From assembly GCA_040219085.1 (NCBI GenBank), contig JAVJTC010000009.1, forward strand, positions 164,539-228,538: DNA of 64,000 nt, given 5' to 3'. The notes beneath the pieces were generated by a model. The model had not been told where the DNA came from. It ran no database searches and was given only the letters and a program-made list of their open reading frames with translations. How positions within the stretch are numbered: the stretch's first letter is position 1; the number at the start of each line of letters is the position of its first letter. Below, piece by piece: positions 36,473 through 46,428 of this stretch. Source of the DNA: Acidimicrobiales bacterium (GTDB lineage: Bacteria; Actinomycetota; Acidimicrobiia; Acidimicrobiales; JAVJTC01). The position numbers were made by a program, and so were the translations under genes.

Positions 36473-37920
36473 GCACCCATGACGTCGTCGTCGTCGGCTA
36501 CGGCGCAGCCGGCGTCGCTGCGGCGATCACCGCCGCCGACGCGGGCGCCGACGTCGTGGTGGTCGAGCGCAACCCGGCGGACCGGCACACCCCGAGCACC
36601 CGGATGTCGGGCGGGATGATCATGGTCGGTACGGACGCCGCTGCGCTGACCGACTACCTGGACGCCTGCGCGGACGGGATGATCCCGAGGGAGTGCTCGG
36701 CGCGCTGGGCGATGTACGCGTCCGAACTCGACGACTGGCTGCGGACACGTGTCGGCGGTCTCGACCTCACGCCGTCAGGCGGGGCGGAACACCCCCGGAT
36801 ACCCGGCGCCGACGCCGTAGTGACCCTCCAACCGGGGGGCGTGGCGGAACGCCTCGCCGCGGACTCTCCCGCCGGGCCGATGCTGTGGAGTCGACTCGAC
36901 GCCGCCGTGCGGCGCAGGGACGTGCCGGTCCTCCATGATCGACGGGCGCTGCGGCTCACGACCGACGGGCACCGGGTGACCGGTGTCACGGTCGACGGCC
37001 CCGACGGCTCGGAGACATACGAGGCCACCCGCGGTGTGGTGCTCGCCTGTGGGGGCTTCGAGTTCGACGAGGAGATGAAGCGGGACCACCTGCGGGTCCA
37101 TCCCGCCTATTTCTACGGCAATCCGACGAGCACGGGCGACGGCGTGCGGATGGCACAGTCCGTCGGCGCGGGGCTGTGGCACATGAACCAGATGATCGGT
37201 CGGGCGATCGGACACTTCACGCTCGACGACGGCACCGAGCTCAACCTCATCATCGGTATCGGACCTCCGGGCTACGTGATCTGTGACCGCGACGGGAACC
37301 GGTTCATCGACGAGAACGCGCAGGCGCTGCTGCGCCACGACGTCTACTTCGACCTTCTCACCTACGACCCGGTCCGCAACCGCCACCCGCGGGTCCCGTG
37401 CTGGTGGTTCTTCGACGAGCGGCGCCGCCGGGCCGGACCACTGACCTTTGCGAACTTCGGCGCGGTCGCCGTCGGGCTCTACGACTGGAGCGGCGACAAC
37501 TCGGTCGAGATCGAGCGGGGCTGGATCGCCGCGGGCTCGACGATCGCCGAGGCGGCGGCCGCCGCCGGCATGGACGCCCCGGCGCAGGCAGCGGCAACCG
37601 TCGCCGGATACAACCGTCTGTGTGAGACCGGCGGGCCGGATCCCTTCGGGCGACCCCCCGAGACGATGATCCCGCTCGACGAGCCTCCCTTCTACTGCAT
37701 GCCATTGTGGCCGGGTGGATCCAACACCACCGGCGGGCCCCGGCGCGACGCCGACTGTCGGATTCTCGACGCCTTCGGCGAACCCATCGCCGGCCTCTAC
37801 GGCGCGGGCGAACTCGGCCAGCCGACGGGAATGATCTACCCAGCCGACGGGTGCAATCTCTCCGAGGCCTTCTGTTCGGGACGGATGGCGGCGGAACACG
37901 CTCTCGGGCTCGGGCCCTGA
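36469..37920 (+). CDS. FAD-dependent oxidoreductase (fumarate-reductase/KstD-like flavoprotein)
   Basis: HDVVVVGYGAAGVAAAITAADAGADVVVVER dinucleotide motif and C-terminal GLYGAGE. The GTG at 36469 overlaps the MFS stop as GTGA. Confidence 0.88.
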   Translation: MSTHDVVVVGYGAAGVAAAITAADAGADVVVVERNPADRHTPSTRMSGGMIMVGTDAAALTDYLDACADGMIPRECSARWAMYASELDDWLRTRVGGLDLTPSGGAEHPRIPGADAVVTLQPGGVAERLAADSPAGPMLWSRLDAAVRRRDVPVLHDRRALRLTTDGHRVTGVTVDGPDGSETYEATRGVVLACGGFEFDEEMKRDHLRVHPAYFYGNPTSTGDGVRMAQSVGAGLWHMNQMIGRAIGHFTLDDGTELNLIIGIGPPGYVICDRDGNRFIDENAQALLRHDVYFDLLTYDPVRNRHPRVPCWWFFDERRRRAGPLTFANFGAVAVGLYDWSGDNSVEIERGWIAAGSTIAEAAAAAGMDAPAQAAATVAGYNRLCETGGPDPFGRPPETMIPLDEPPFYCMPLWPGGSNTTGGPRRDADCRILDAFGEPIAGLYGAGELGQPTGMIYPADGCNLSEAFCSGRMAAEHALGLGP

Positions 37921-37988
37921 GGCGTCCCGGGCCGACTCAAGACGGACCCCCCACCGGCCGATTCTGTCGGTGCAGGGAGGTCACACAG

Positions 37989-39032
37989 ATGGGCAGCACG
38001 CTTCAGGCACAGGCGGCGGTCGCCGGACCGCCGGACCGACGCGTCCCGTCGGTTCCCGGCGCGTCCGACCGGGCAGCCACCGGAGCCGACCCCGATTTCC
38101 TGGTGCGCCCTGCCCTCGCGCGGCTGGCGTTGTTCGTCTACGTCACGGCGACCCTCCTGTTCACCCTCACCCAGGGTCTCGTTCTTCAGCGCCAGGCGGT
38201 CGTCCCGTGGATGATGGGACTACTCGTCGTCGGGTCTCTCGCCCGGGGCCGGTCCGAGATGCGGGCGCTGCTGCGTGACTGGGGCCTGCTGCTCGGATTC
38301 ATGCTGGTCTATGTGTTCTCCCAGGGTGTCGCCGACTCGTTGGGGATGCCGCTGCAGGGGGCCGTGCTCGTCGACATCGACCGCGTCGTGGGCTTCGGCG
38401 AGGTACCGACGGCCTGGCTCCAGGCCCGCCTCGACGCAACCGGGGAGCCGGCGTGGTGGGAGGTACCGATCGCGGTCGTGTACGTCAGCCACTTCTTCGT
38501 CGTCTTCGTCGTCGCCGCCGTCCTGTGGCTCCGGAACCGGAAGCGCTTCAGGCAGTGGCTCGTGCGCCTCGTCACGCTGTCGATGGCGGGAGTCGTGACA
38601 TACATCGCGTTCCCTGCGATGCCGCCCTGGTACGCGAATGACGAAGGCCTGGTGACCGGTGTGGACCGGATCACCTCGCAGGGGTGGAGCTACCTGGGCC
38701 TCGGCTTCGCCCAGGACGTCTTCCAGTGGGGCCATGCGACGCTCAATCCGGTCGCTGCGGTCCCGTCGATGCACGCGGCCTACGCGTTCCTCGTCTTCGT
38801 GTTCTTCGCTCCGGGCCGGCACCGCCTGGTCCAGGCAGCCCTGTTCGTCTACGCGGCGATGATGGGCTTCACACTCGTCTACACCGGCGAGCACTGGGTG
38901 TTCGACGTTCTGGTCGGTTGGCTCTACGTCGCTGCCACCGTCGTCTTCTGGGATCGTCGGGAACGACGCCTCGCCCCCGACACCACCGCGGGAGCGGAAC
39001 CGGATCGGGAGCGCGCCGCCGCGGTTCGGTAG
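37989..39032 (+). CDS. PAP2-superfamily membrane protein (inositolphosphotransferase/PAP2_C-like)
   Basis: Multi-pass membrane protein with VPSMHAAYAF and GEHWVFDVLVGW motifs. The ATG at 37989 is chosen. Confidence 0.75.
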   Translation: MGSTLQAQAAVAGPPDRRVPSVPGASDRAATGADPDFLVRPALARLALFVYVTATLLFTLTQGLVLQRQAVVPWMMGLLVVGSLARGRSEMRALLRDWGLLLGFMLVYVFSQGVADSLGMPLQGAVLVDIDRVVGFGEVPTAWLQARLDATGEPAWWEVPIAVVYVSHFFVVFVVAAVLWLRNRKRFRQWLVRLVTLSMAGVVTYIAFPAMPPWYANDEGLVTGVDRITSQGWSYLGLGFAQDVFQWGHATLNPVAAVPSMHAAYAFLVFVFFAPGRHRLVQAALFVYAAMMGFTLVYTGEHWVFDVLVGWLYVAATVVFWDRRERRLAPDTTAGAEPDRERAAAVR

Positions 39033-39042
39033 CTTCGGAGAC

Positions 39043-39933
39043 GTGCGTATCGTCTCGCTGCTGCCGTCCACCACCGAGATCCTGTTCGCGCTCGGTCGCG
39101 GCGACGACGTCGTCGGGGTCACCTTCGAGTGCAACGAACCCGCCGAGGCCCTCACCCGCCGGATCGTGTCTACGAGCGCCCTTCCCGAGGGGCTCACGCC
39201 CGGCGAGATCGACCGGATCGTCACGGAGCGGATGAACGCCGGCGAAGACCTCTACCGCCTGGACGCGGGGGCACTCGCGGATCTCGACCCGGACGTGGTC
39301 GTCACCCAGGACCTGTGCGCCGTCTGCGCGGTCGACGTGTCGGAGGTCGATGACGCGCTCGCCCATCTCGGGTGCTCGGCGGAAGTCGTCACGATCGACC
39401 CGCACCGTCTCGATGACGTGCTGGAGTCCATCCACACCCTCGGGCGGCTCACCGGGGCCGCGGACCGCGCGATCGAACTCGTGGACGGCCTGCGTGAGCG
39501 CCTCGACACACTCCGCTCGCGGGTAGCCGGACTGGAGCGGCCGCCGGTCCTCGTCGTGGAATGGACCGACCCGGCGCTCTCCCCCGGGCACTGGCTTCCG
39601 GACCTCGTCGAGGCGGCCGGCGGCGAATGCCTGCTCGGTGATCCCGGGGCGAAGTCCCGTCGGGTCGGCTGGGACGAGATCGCCGGCCTCTCACCCGCCG
39701 CGGTCGTCATGGCGCCGTGTGGCTACGACCTCACCGGGGCCACGGCCCTCGCCGAGGCCGCGCTCGCCACCGGCCACTGGCCAGCGGGCGTACCGATGTG
39801 GGCCGTCGACGCGGACGCGAGCTTCGTTCGACCCGGGCCGCGTCTCATCGACGGGGCGGAGACGCTCGCCGCAATCCTTCACCCCGACCTGGGCCCACCG
39901 GACCCGACCCTCGCACACCTGGTCCGGCCCTGA
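39043..39933 (+). CDS. BtuF/FhuD-like (class III periplasmic-binding fold) cobalamin- or iron-complex-binding protein without a signal peptide
   Basis: VRIVSLLPSTTEILFALGRGDDVVGVTFECNEP is a typical BtuF-like N-terminus. No hydrophobic leader is present. Confidence 0.75.
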   Translation: MRIVSLLPSTTEILFALGRGDDVVGVTFECNEPAEALTRRIVSTSALPEGLTPGEIDRIVTERMNAGEDLYRLDAGALADLDPDVVVTQDLCAVCAVDVSEVDDALAHLGCSAEVVTIDPHRLDDVLESIHTLGRLTGAADRAIELVDGLRERLDTLRSRVAGLERPPVLVVEWTDPALSPGHWLPDLVEAAGGECLLGDPGAKSRRVGWDEIAGLSPAAVVMAPCGYDLTGATALAEAALATGHWPAGVPMWAVDADASFVRPGPRLIDGAETLAAILHPDLGPPDPTLAHLVRP

Positions 39934-39944
39934 GGCCACGGCCC

Positions 39945-41657
39945 GTGTCGGCTGCTTCTCCCCCACCCACCGGCCGGACCCTGCAACGCCGCCTTCCCGG
40001 TCTGTACCGGCTCCTCCACTACGACAGGGACTGGCTGCGCTTCGACCTCCTCGGCGGGCTGACGGTCGGCGCCATGCTCATCCCTCAGTCCATGGCGTAC
40101 GCCGAGCTCGCCGACCTTCCTCCTGAGGTCGGTTTCTACGCCGTCCTGGGCGCACTCGTCGTCTACGCGCTGCTCGGCAGCTCCCGCCATCTCGGCGTCG
40201 GCCCGGAGCCCGGCACGGCGATCCTGGCGGCGACGGGAATCGCTCCTCTGGCCGAAGGAGATCCGCAGCGGTACCTCACACTGATGGCGGCGCTCGCGCT
40301 GCTCGTCGGTGGCATCTGTCTGGTCGCCGCGCTCCTACGGCTCGGCTTCCTCGCCGACCTGCTGTCTCGTCCCGTCCTCATCGGGTACATCACCGGTGTC
40401 GGCATCACTCTGCTCAGCAGTCAGCTCGGCAAGGTCACCGGCGTGGGGATCGAGGGCGACAACGCGTTCACCCGCTTCGCGGACCTGGTGTCAGGACTCG
40501 ACCAGCTCGACCCGGCGACTTTCGCCATGGGTGCATCCTCGCTCGTGGCCATCCTCACCTTGCGGGCGATCCGACCGACGATTCCCGGTGCCCTCGTCGC
40601 CGTGGTCGCGGCCACGGCGGCGGCGATCGTCTTCGGGCTCGACGACCACGGCGTCAGCGTCGTCGGCGAGATCCCTTCGGGCCTCCCACCCCTGGGCCTT
40701 CCCGACGTCGCCGGCGCGGACCTGGTCGACCTGATTCCGATAGCCCTCGGCGTCGCCCTGGTCGGCTACTCGGACAACGTCCTCACCGCCCGCTCGATCG
40801 GAGCCGAGCTCGGCTACCGGATCGACGCGAACCAGGAACTGGTGGCTCTCGGCATGGGGAATCTCTCGAGCGGCCTGTCAGGCGGATTCCCGATCTCGTC
40901 GAGTGCCAGCCGGAGCATCGTCCCGGCCTCTCTCGGGACGAGGTCTCAGCTCGTCTCGATCGTCGCCGCCGGCTTCGTCCTGACGACGCTGCTCGTGCTG
41001 CGGCCCGTTCTGGCCGACTTTCCCGAAGCCGCTCTCGGGGCCGTGATCATCTCGGCCGCTATCGCCATCATCGACATCCGCGGCCTGCGCGAGCTGTGGT
41101 CTCTGGACCGTGCCGAGTTCGGCCTCGCGCTGCTGACGGTCCTCGGCGTGGTCGGCTTCGACGTCCTGCGCGGCGTACTCGTCGCCGTCGGCCTTTCCGC
41201 CGTCGTGGCGCTGGGGCGAATGGCCCGGCCACGCGACGCTGTGCTCGGTGGCGCACCCGAACTCGACGGCTGGGTGGCGATGGAGGAGTTCCCCTCGGCA
41301 CGTCCCCGACCGGGGCTGCTCGTCTACCGCTTCGACGCTCCCCTCTTCTTCGCCAACGCCGAGTGGTTCCGGGGACGGGTCGAACAGGCGCTACTCACCA
41401 ACCCGGGCGCCGAACGCTGGGTCATCTTCGACCTCGAAGGCGTCGGGTCGATCGACACGACCGCTCTCGAGATCCTGGACCAGCTCGTGGAGGAACTGCT
41501 CGCCGCCGGGGTGGTCGTCGTCGGCATCGCCCGTGCGAACTCACGGGCCCGGGCCGCGCTGGAGAACTCACGCCTACTCCAACCCGGCGGGCCCCTGCGC
41601 GAGTTCCCCACGATCAACAGCGCAGTCTCGGCGTTCTCCGACGAAGACGAACCATGA
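39945..41657 (+). CDS. SulP-family anion permease with a C-terminal STAS domain
   Basis: LRFDLLGGLTVGAMLIPQSMAYAELA signature, about 11 TM segments and a STAS tail (LVYRFDAPLFFANAEWF). The GTG at 39945 is chosen. Confidence 0.88.
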   Translation: MSAASPPPTGRTLQRRLPGLYRLLHYDRDWLRFDLLGGLTVGAMLIPQSMAYAELADLPPEVGFYAVLGALVVYALLGSSRHLGVGPEPGTAILAATGIAPLAEGDPQRYLTLMAALALLVGGICLVAALLRLGFLADLLSRPVLIGYITGVGITLLSSQLGKVTGVGIEGDNAFTRFADLVSGLDQLDPATFAMGASSLVAILTLRAIRPTIPGALVAVVAATAAAIVFGLDDHGVSVVGEIPSGLPPLGLPDVAGADLVDLIPIALGVALVGYSDNVLTARSIGAELGYRIDANQELVALGMGNLSSGLSGGFPISSSASRSIVPASLGTRSQLVSIVAAGFVLTTLLVLRPVLADFPEAALGAVIISAAIAIIDIRGLRELWSLDRAEFGLALLTVLGVVGFDVLRGVLVAVGLSAVVALGRMARPRDAVLGGAPELDGWVAMEEFPSARPRPGLLVYRFDAPLFFANAEWFRGRVEQALLTNPGAERWVIFDLEGVGSIDTTALEILDQLVEELLAAGVVVVGIARANSRARAALENSRLLQPGGPLREFPTINSAVSAFSDEDEP

Positions 41658-41677
41658 GCGCCCGGATCCGTCAAGGG

Positions 41678-43465
41678 TCAGCCGCGCCGGGCCCTGTCCT
41701 CGTTGGGGCCGACACTGTCGGGACACAGCGTCATTGCGCTGCTGGCGATGGCGATGTGGGAGAAGGCCTGCGGGAAGTTGCCGAGCTGTCGCCCGGCGAC
41801 CGGGTCGTACTCCTCGGCCAGGAGACCGACGTCGTTGCGTAAGCCCAGCAGTCGTTCGTACAGCACCGTTGCCTCGTCGCGGCGTCCCATGACGGCGAGG
41901 CACTCCACCAGCCAGAACGAACACAGCAGAAAAGCACCTTCTTCGCCACCGACACCGTCAGCCCCGTCATCGGGCGAATAGCGCAGCACGAACCCGTCGA
42001 CGGTGAGCTCGCGCTGCACGGCCTCGACCGTCGCGACGACCCTCGGATCGTCCGGCGGCAGGAACCCCACGAGCGGGATCACCAGTGTCGACGCATCGAG
42101 GTAGCCACCCCCGTAGGTACGCGTGAACACCCCCCGGTCGTCGAGCGCGTTGGCACACACGTCGTCGTGCACCTCAGCGCGCAGTCGGCGCCACTTCGCC
42201 ACGTCCCCGTCCAGGCCATGGACTTCGACGGCCTTCACCGCCCGATCGAAGGCGACCCACACCATCACCTTGGAATGGGTGAACTGTTCCCGTCCGCCCC
42301 GGACCTCCCAGATACCGTCGTCGGGCTCGGTCCAGTTCCCCTCGAGCCAGTTCAACATCGCCTCCTGCACCCGCCATGCGTTCTCATCGGCGTCGACCCC
42401 GTGGAGGCGGGCCTGGTCCAGAGCGTCCATGAGCTCGCCGAACACGTCGAGTTGGAGCTGACCCGCCGCCGCGTTGCCCACCCTCACCGGCCGGGACCCG
42501 CAGAAGCCGTCCAGCCAGTCGAGTTCCGCCTCGGGCAGCCGACGTTCACCGGCGAGTCCGTACATGATCTGCAACCTTCCGGGCTCGCCTGCCACCGCGC
42601 GCAGGAGCCAGTCGCGCCACGAACGGGCGTCGTCGATGAAACCACCCTTCACGAGCGCCAACAGCGTGAGCGTCGCGTCCCGCAGCCAGCAGTAGCGGTA
42701 GTCCCAGTTGCGGGAACCGCCGATCCATTCGGGCAACGAGGTCGTCGCCGCAGCAACGAATGAACCCGTCGGGGCATGCGAGAGACCTCGCAGAACCGTC
42801 AACGACTGATGGACATCGTCGCGATACGCGCCCTCATAGCTCAGCTGTGAAGACCAGCCCCTCCACCACGCCTGCGTGCGCGCGAGGGCTTCATCGACGT
42901 CGACGGCGGGTGGGATGGCGAGGTGCGACTCGTACCAGGCCAGATCGAAGGACACGCTGTCCCCCGCGACGACACTGAACTCGCCGATGGTCGCGAATCC
43001 CTCCCCGTGCGTCGCGACGGGCGCGCGCATGACGAGTGCCTCGGGCCCGGCCACCGCGAGCAAAGCGCCATCGGAACGCGTGACCCACGGGACGATGCTC
43101 CCGTAGTCGAAGCGCACCCTCATCTCACTCCGCATCGGGACCGCCCCGCTCCGGCCCTCGACACGCCGCACCAGGCGGTGAACGTCACCGTCGGGCACAA
43201 GTGCGTCGACAACCGCGACCACGCCCTCGGGGGTCGAGTGGACCGTCTCGAGGACGAGCGAACCCGCCAGGTAGGTCCGCTCCACGCGGGACTCACCCGC
43301 CGGGCGAAGTGACCAGTGGCCGTTGTCCTCGGTCCCGAGCAGCGCTGCGAAACACGCTGCGGAGTCGAAGCGGGGCCAGCACAGCCAGTCGATCGAACCG
43401 GCCGATGAGACGAGCGCCGCCGACCGCGAGTCGCTCAGCAGGGCGTAGTCCTCGATACGTCGCAC
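41678..43465 (-). CDS. Glycoside hydrolase family 15 (glucoamylase/trehalase-like)
   Basis: N-terminus IEDYALLSDSRSAALVSSAGSIDWLCWPRFDS is characteristic of GH15. 595 aa. Confidence 0.88.
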   Translation of the reverse strand: MRRIEDYALLSDSRSAALVSSAGSIDWLCWPRFDSAACFAALLGTEDNGHWSLRPAGESRVERTYLAGSLVLETVHSTPEGVVAVVDALVPDGDVHRLVRRVEGRSGAVPMRSEMRVRFDYGSIVPWVTRSDGALLAVAGPEALVMRAPVATHGEGFATIGEFSVVAGDSVSFDLAWYESHLAIPPAVDVDEALARTQAWWRGWSSQLSYEGAYRDDVHQSLTVLRGLSHAPTGSFVAAATTSLPEWIGGSRNWDYRYCWLRDATLTLLALVKGGFIDDARSWRDWLLRAVAGEPGRLQIMYGLAGERRLPEAELDWLDGFCGSRPVRVGNAAAGQLQLDVFGELMDALDQARLHGVDADENAWRVQEAMLNWLEGNWTEPDDGIWEVRGGREQFTHSKVMVWVAFDRAVKAVEVHGLDGDVAKWRRLRAEVHDDVCANALDDRGVFTRTYGGGYLDASTLVIPLVGFLPPDDPRVVATVEAVQRELTVDGFVLRYSPDDGADGVGGEEGAFLLCSFWLVECLAVMGRRDEATVLYERLLGLRNDVGLLAEEYDPVAGRQLGNFPQAFSHIAIASSAMTLCPDSVGPNEDRARRG

Positions 43466-43504
43466 GGACCCAGTCTGGTCGATACCGCCGCGCCGACGGC
43501 GGGC

Positions 43505-44365
43505 TCAGCCGATCCGCACGGCCGAGAGCGGATTGTTGATGCTGCAGGCGAATCCCTGAGCCGCGACGTACCCGGAGATGGATCCCACAGCGTTTCCCGG
43601 CGTGTCGAACACGAGGGTGATGGTCAGCGCGACGACGTCGACGTCGGGCGAGGAGAAGTTCAGGGCACCCGTGTAGGTGGCCTGGCTGACCGACACGGAC
43701 TGGCGGTTGAAGACGGCGGTCTCGGCCTGGCCGCCACCCGAGACGGTGAGGCTCGCCCCACCCGAAGCGACCGCCACGTTCACCGAGACCGGTTCGCTGA
43801 CCGGGATGTCGAACGTGGTGATGCCACAGTTCGCGACGGACGTGCCGTTGCGGATCTCCCATGTGCCCGAAGCCGGAACGACCTCGCTCGGTGTCGGCGT
43901 CGCCGTCGGGGTCGCAGAGGGAGTCGGTGCGGAGGTCGGCGTCGGTGTGGCCGTCGGCGTCGCGCTGGGAGTCGGGGTCGCAGAGGGTGTCGCCGTTGGT
44001 GTCGGCGTCGGGGACCCGGCGACCGGTGTCGTCGGTGTCGGTGTCGGTGTCGCCGAAGGCGTCTCGGTCGGAGACGGCGTCGGCGTCGCGGAAGGCGTCG
44101 AGGTCGGAGACGGCGTGGAGCTGGGCGATGGCGTGGCCGCCGGTGTGGGCGAGTCGTCGGAATCCCCGTCAGACGATGCGGAACCGTCGTCCGAGTCGGA
44201 CCCTGTCGCTGTGTCACCACTGTCCGTGCCGGCTGTGTCGCCCGCGTCCGCCGTGGGGGACGCCGATGCGGTCTCGGGGTCCGACGACCCTCCGCCACCA
44301 CAGCCGGCGGCCACGAGCAGGAGGACTGTGACGACCGAGACGATCAAGCGGGGACGGATATCCAT
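43505..44365 (-). CDS. Secreted lipoprotein of unknown function with a long Pro/Thr/Ser/Ala-rich linker
   Basis: Signal peptide plus lipobox ([10 protein letters not shown]), a [10 protein letters not shown]-type linker of about 130 aa and a C-terminal domain of about 120 aa containing 2 Cys. Confidence 0.75.
   Translation of the reverse strand: MDIRPRLIVSVVTVLLLVAAGCGGGGSSDPETASASPTADAGDTAGTDSGDTATGSDSDDGSASSDGDSDDSPTPAATPSPSSTPSPTSTPSATPTPSPTETPSATPTPTPTTPVAGSPTPTPTATPSATPTPSATPTATPTPTSAPTPSATPTATPTPSEVVPASGTWEIRNGTSVANCGITTFDIPVSEPVSVNVAVASGGASLTVSGGGQAETAVFNRQSVSVSQATYTGALNFSSPDVDVVALTITLVFDTPGNAVGSISGYVAAQGFACSINNPLSAVRIG
43890..44150. repeat. Cryptic short tandem repeats (GGTGTCGGCGTCG-like) encoding the Pro/Thr linker
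   Basis: Read directly. The repeats are in-frame and degenerate. Confidence 0.6.
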
Positions 44366-44404
44366 CCGCGAACCGTAACGCCCGACGGCGCACGGCGGAG
44401 GTAC

Positions 44405-45898
44405 CTACAGGTCGTGGACGACGGCGAGACGCTGCGATCCGCTCGGCAGCCCGGGCGTTCCCCCCGCGATGGCGTCGGCATCGACCGCGCCGATGTCGCC
44501 GGTGGCGAGCGCCCGCCCCGCGATGCGCCCCGTCGTCAGCGCGGATGTGATCTTGGTCCCGCCGAGGCCGATCACCGGGGACAGTCCCCCGATGCAGTCG
44601 CCGACGGCGAAGAGCCCCGGTACCGGTCGACCGAAGACGTCGATGACCTGACAGTCCCCGCTGACGCGGAAACCGCCGGCGGGGAAGTTGATGCCCTGCA
44701 CCATCCGCGAGGCGTGGAACGGTGCCCGGATGATCGGACGCCGACCGGCGGGAAAGACGACGCGCCCGAAGTCGGCGTCGCCCGCCGAGTCGGAGGCGAG
44801 CATCGCGTTCCACCTCTCGACGGTCGTTGTCAGGGCCGTCGCCGGGACACCCAACTCGGCGGCGAGATCACCCAGGCTCGGCGCGGTGAGGACCTCGTCG
44901 GGCATCTGGTCGACGAGCGCCCGCTTGGCGACGTAGGTCTCGTCGTCGAACACGTACCAGGCGAGTCTCCCGGGCTGATCGGCGAGCGCCTCGACCCGGT
45001 CGTCGTAGGGCCCCGCCTCGTCGTGAAATCGGACGCCGTCGCTGTTGACCGCGATCGAGTCCTCCACCAGGGCGGAGCCGACCATCACGAGTGGGGGGAT
45101 CATCGTCATGTTGACGAGGTCGCCGCCGACGGCCTGGCCCATCACGTGACCGTCGCCACGGTCGGTACCCACACCGAGGTAGGGCGAGTCCGCGAGGTGC
45201 GCCGGTTGGTAACGCGCCCGGATCGCGGCGTTCGCCTGGTAGCCGCCGGCCGCGAGGATCACGCCGGATCGTGCGGCCACGGCGAACGGTTCGCCCAGCT
45301 CTTCGTCACCGGCATCGCCGGTCACCCCGTGCCGGGGGCGTACCACGACACCACCCACCCGACCGTCGGCGACGATCAGTTCCTGGGCCCGCACATGCGT
45401 GTGGACGGTCACGCCTGCCGCCTCGAGCGCCGGGGTGAAACACGTCGTGAACTGGTTGACGTCCACCGAACCCATCATCCGGTCCACCGAGTGCTGTTTC
45501 GGGCGGGGGATGAACCGGTCGAACTCGAATCCCAGCTCGGCGAGGAAGTCGAACGTGGCGGCCGACCCCTGTGCGTAGCGCCGGGCGAGGTCGGCATCGA
45601 AGATGATCCCGTAGCGGTGGGACTGGCGCTCGATCTCCGCGGTCATGTCGGCCAGATACGCCTCGGGCGAGTCCTCGATGCCCTCGGCGGCCTGCTTCGC
45701 GGACCGGGCGAACGCGAGGTATCCCGTCGAACGGGCGGCGTTGCCCCCCACGCGGTCGGTCGCCTCGAGGACCACCACCTCGGCACCCTCGCGCGCTGCG
45801 GTCAGTGCCGCGGCACAACCTCCCGGTCCCCCACCGACGACGACGATGTCGGTGGTCGTGGTGACCTCCACCTCGGCGGTGTCGCCGTGGGTGGTCAC
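44405..45898 (-). CDS. FAD-dependent oxidoreductase (fumarate-reductase/KstD-like), paralog of 36469..37920
   Basis: DIVVVGGGPGGCAAALTAAREGAEVVVLE and C-terminal GLFAVGDC. The GTG at 45898 overlaps the upstream VOC stop as GTGA. Confidence 0.88.
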   Translation of the reverse strand: MTTHGDTAEVEVTTTTDIVVVGGGPGGCAAALTAAREGAEVVVLEATDRVGGNAARSTGYLAFARSAKQAAEGIEDSPEAYLADMTAEIERQSHRYGIIFDADLARRYAQGSAATFDFLAELGFEFDRFIPRPKQHSVDRMMGSVDVNQFTTCFTPALEAAGVTVHTHVRAQELIVADGRVGGVVVRPRHGVTGDAGDEELGEPFAVAARSGVILAAGGYQANAAIRARYQPAHLADSPYLGVGTDRGDGHVMGQAVGGDLVNMTMIPPLVMVGSALVEDSIAVNSDGVRFHDEAGPYDDRVEALADQPGRLAWYVFDDETYVAKRALVDQMPDEVLTAPSLGDLAAELGVPATALTTTVERWNAMLASDSAGDADFGRVVFPAGRRPIIRAPFHASRMVQGINFPAGGFRVSGDCQVIDVFGRPVPGLFAVGDCIGGLSPVIGLGGTKITSALTTGRIAGRALATGDIGAVDADAIAGGTPGLPSGSQRLAVVHDL

Positions 45899-46428
45899 TG
45901 CAGCGACGTCTCCTCGAGTGCCGACGGGAAGTCGCCGCCTGCGATCCAGTTGTCGAATGCCGGTCGTCGATCCGCCGAGACGAGCTCGATCCGTAGACCG
46001 AGGGCGCCGATCACGTGGTACGTGAAGCCGAAGGGCTCGCAGCTCTCGTGGTCGTAGGTTGCGAGCCAGGGGTACCCGGCATCGCTGAGCCGGGCCGAAT
46101 CGGAGATGAGGTCCTCGCTCCAGAACCCGAGGTGGTGCACCCCGTTCGCCGAGGCAGGGTCCCAGATGGTGCCCGGCGAGGCCGCGATGATCTCCCAGTG
46201 GGGTGGACCGTTCACCGAGTAGGTCACCCGCATGTCGGTCTTCACGACGCCGTTGGGTTGGCGGACGTCGAAGTCGCGCACGACCGTCGACGCCCACTCG
46301 AGCCCCGCCGTCGCCGAGAGCTCGGCGAGCGTGGCGTCGAAGTCGGTCGTCACGATCCCCCAGTGGTAGAACCCCTCGAGCGGCACGAGGCCCTCGAGGG
46401 CGGACATGGTCTGTGAGTCAGGCGCCAT
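45895..46428 (-). CDS. VOC-family protein
   Basis: FYHWGIVTTDFDATLAEL and VHHLGFWSEDL modules. Confidence 0.8.
   Translation of the reverse strand: MAPDSQTMSALEGLVPLEGFYHWGIVTTDFDATLAELSATAGLEWASTVVRDFDVRQPNGVVKTDMRVTYSVNGPPHWEIIAASPGTIWDPASANGVHHLGFWSEDLISDSARLSDAGYPWLATYDHESCEPFGFTYHVIGALGLRIELVSADRRPAFDNWIAGGDFPSALEETSLQ

Noticed and set aside
39033-39042. Cobalamin riboswitch upstream of the BtuF-like gene
   Set aside because: Only 10 nt separate it from the preceding gene, so there is no room for a riboswitch aptamer of about 200 nt.
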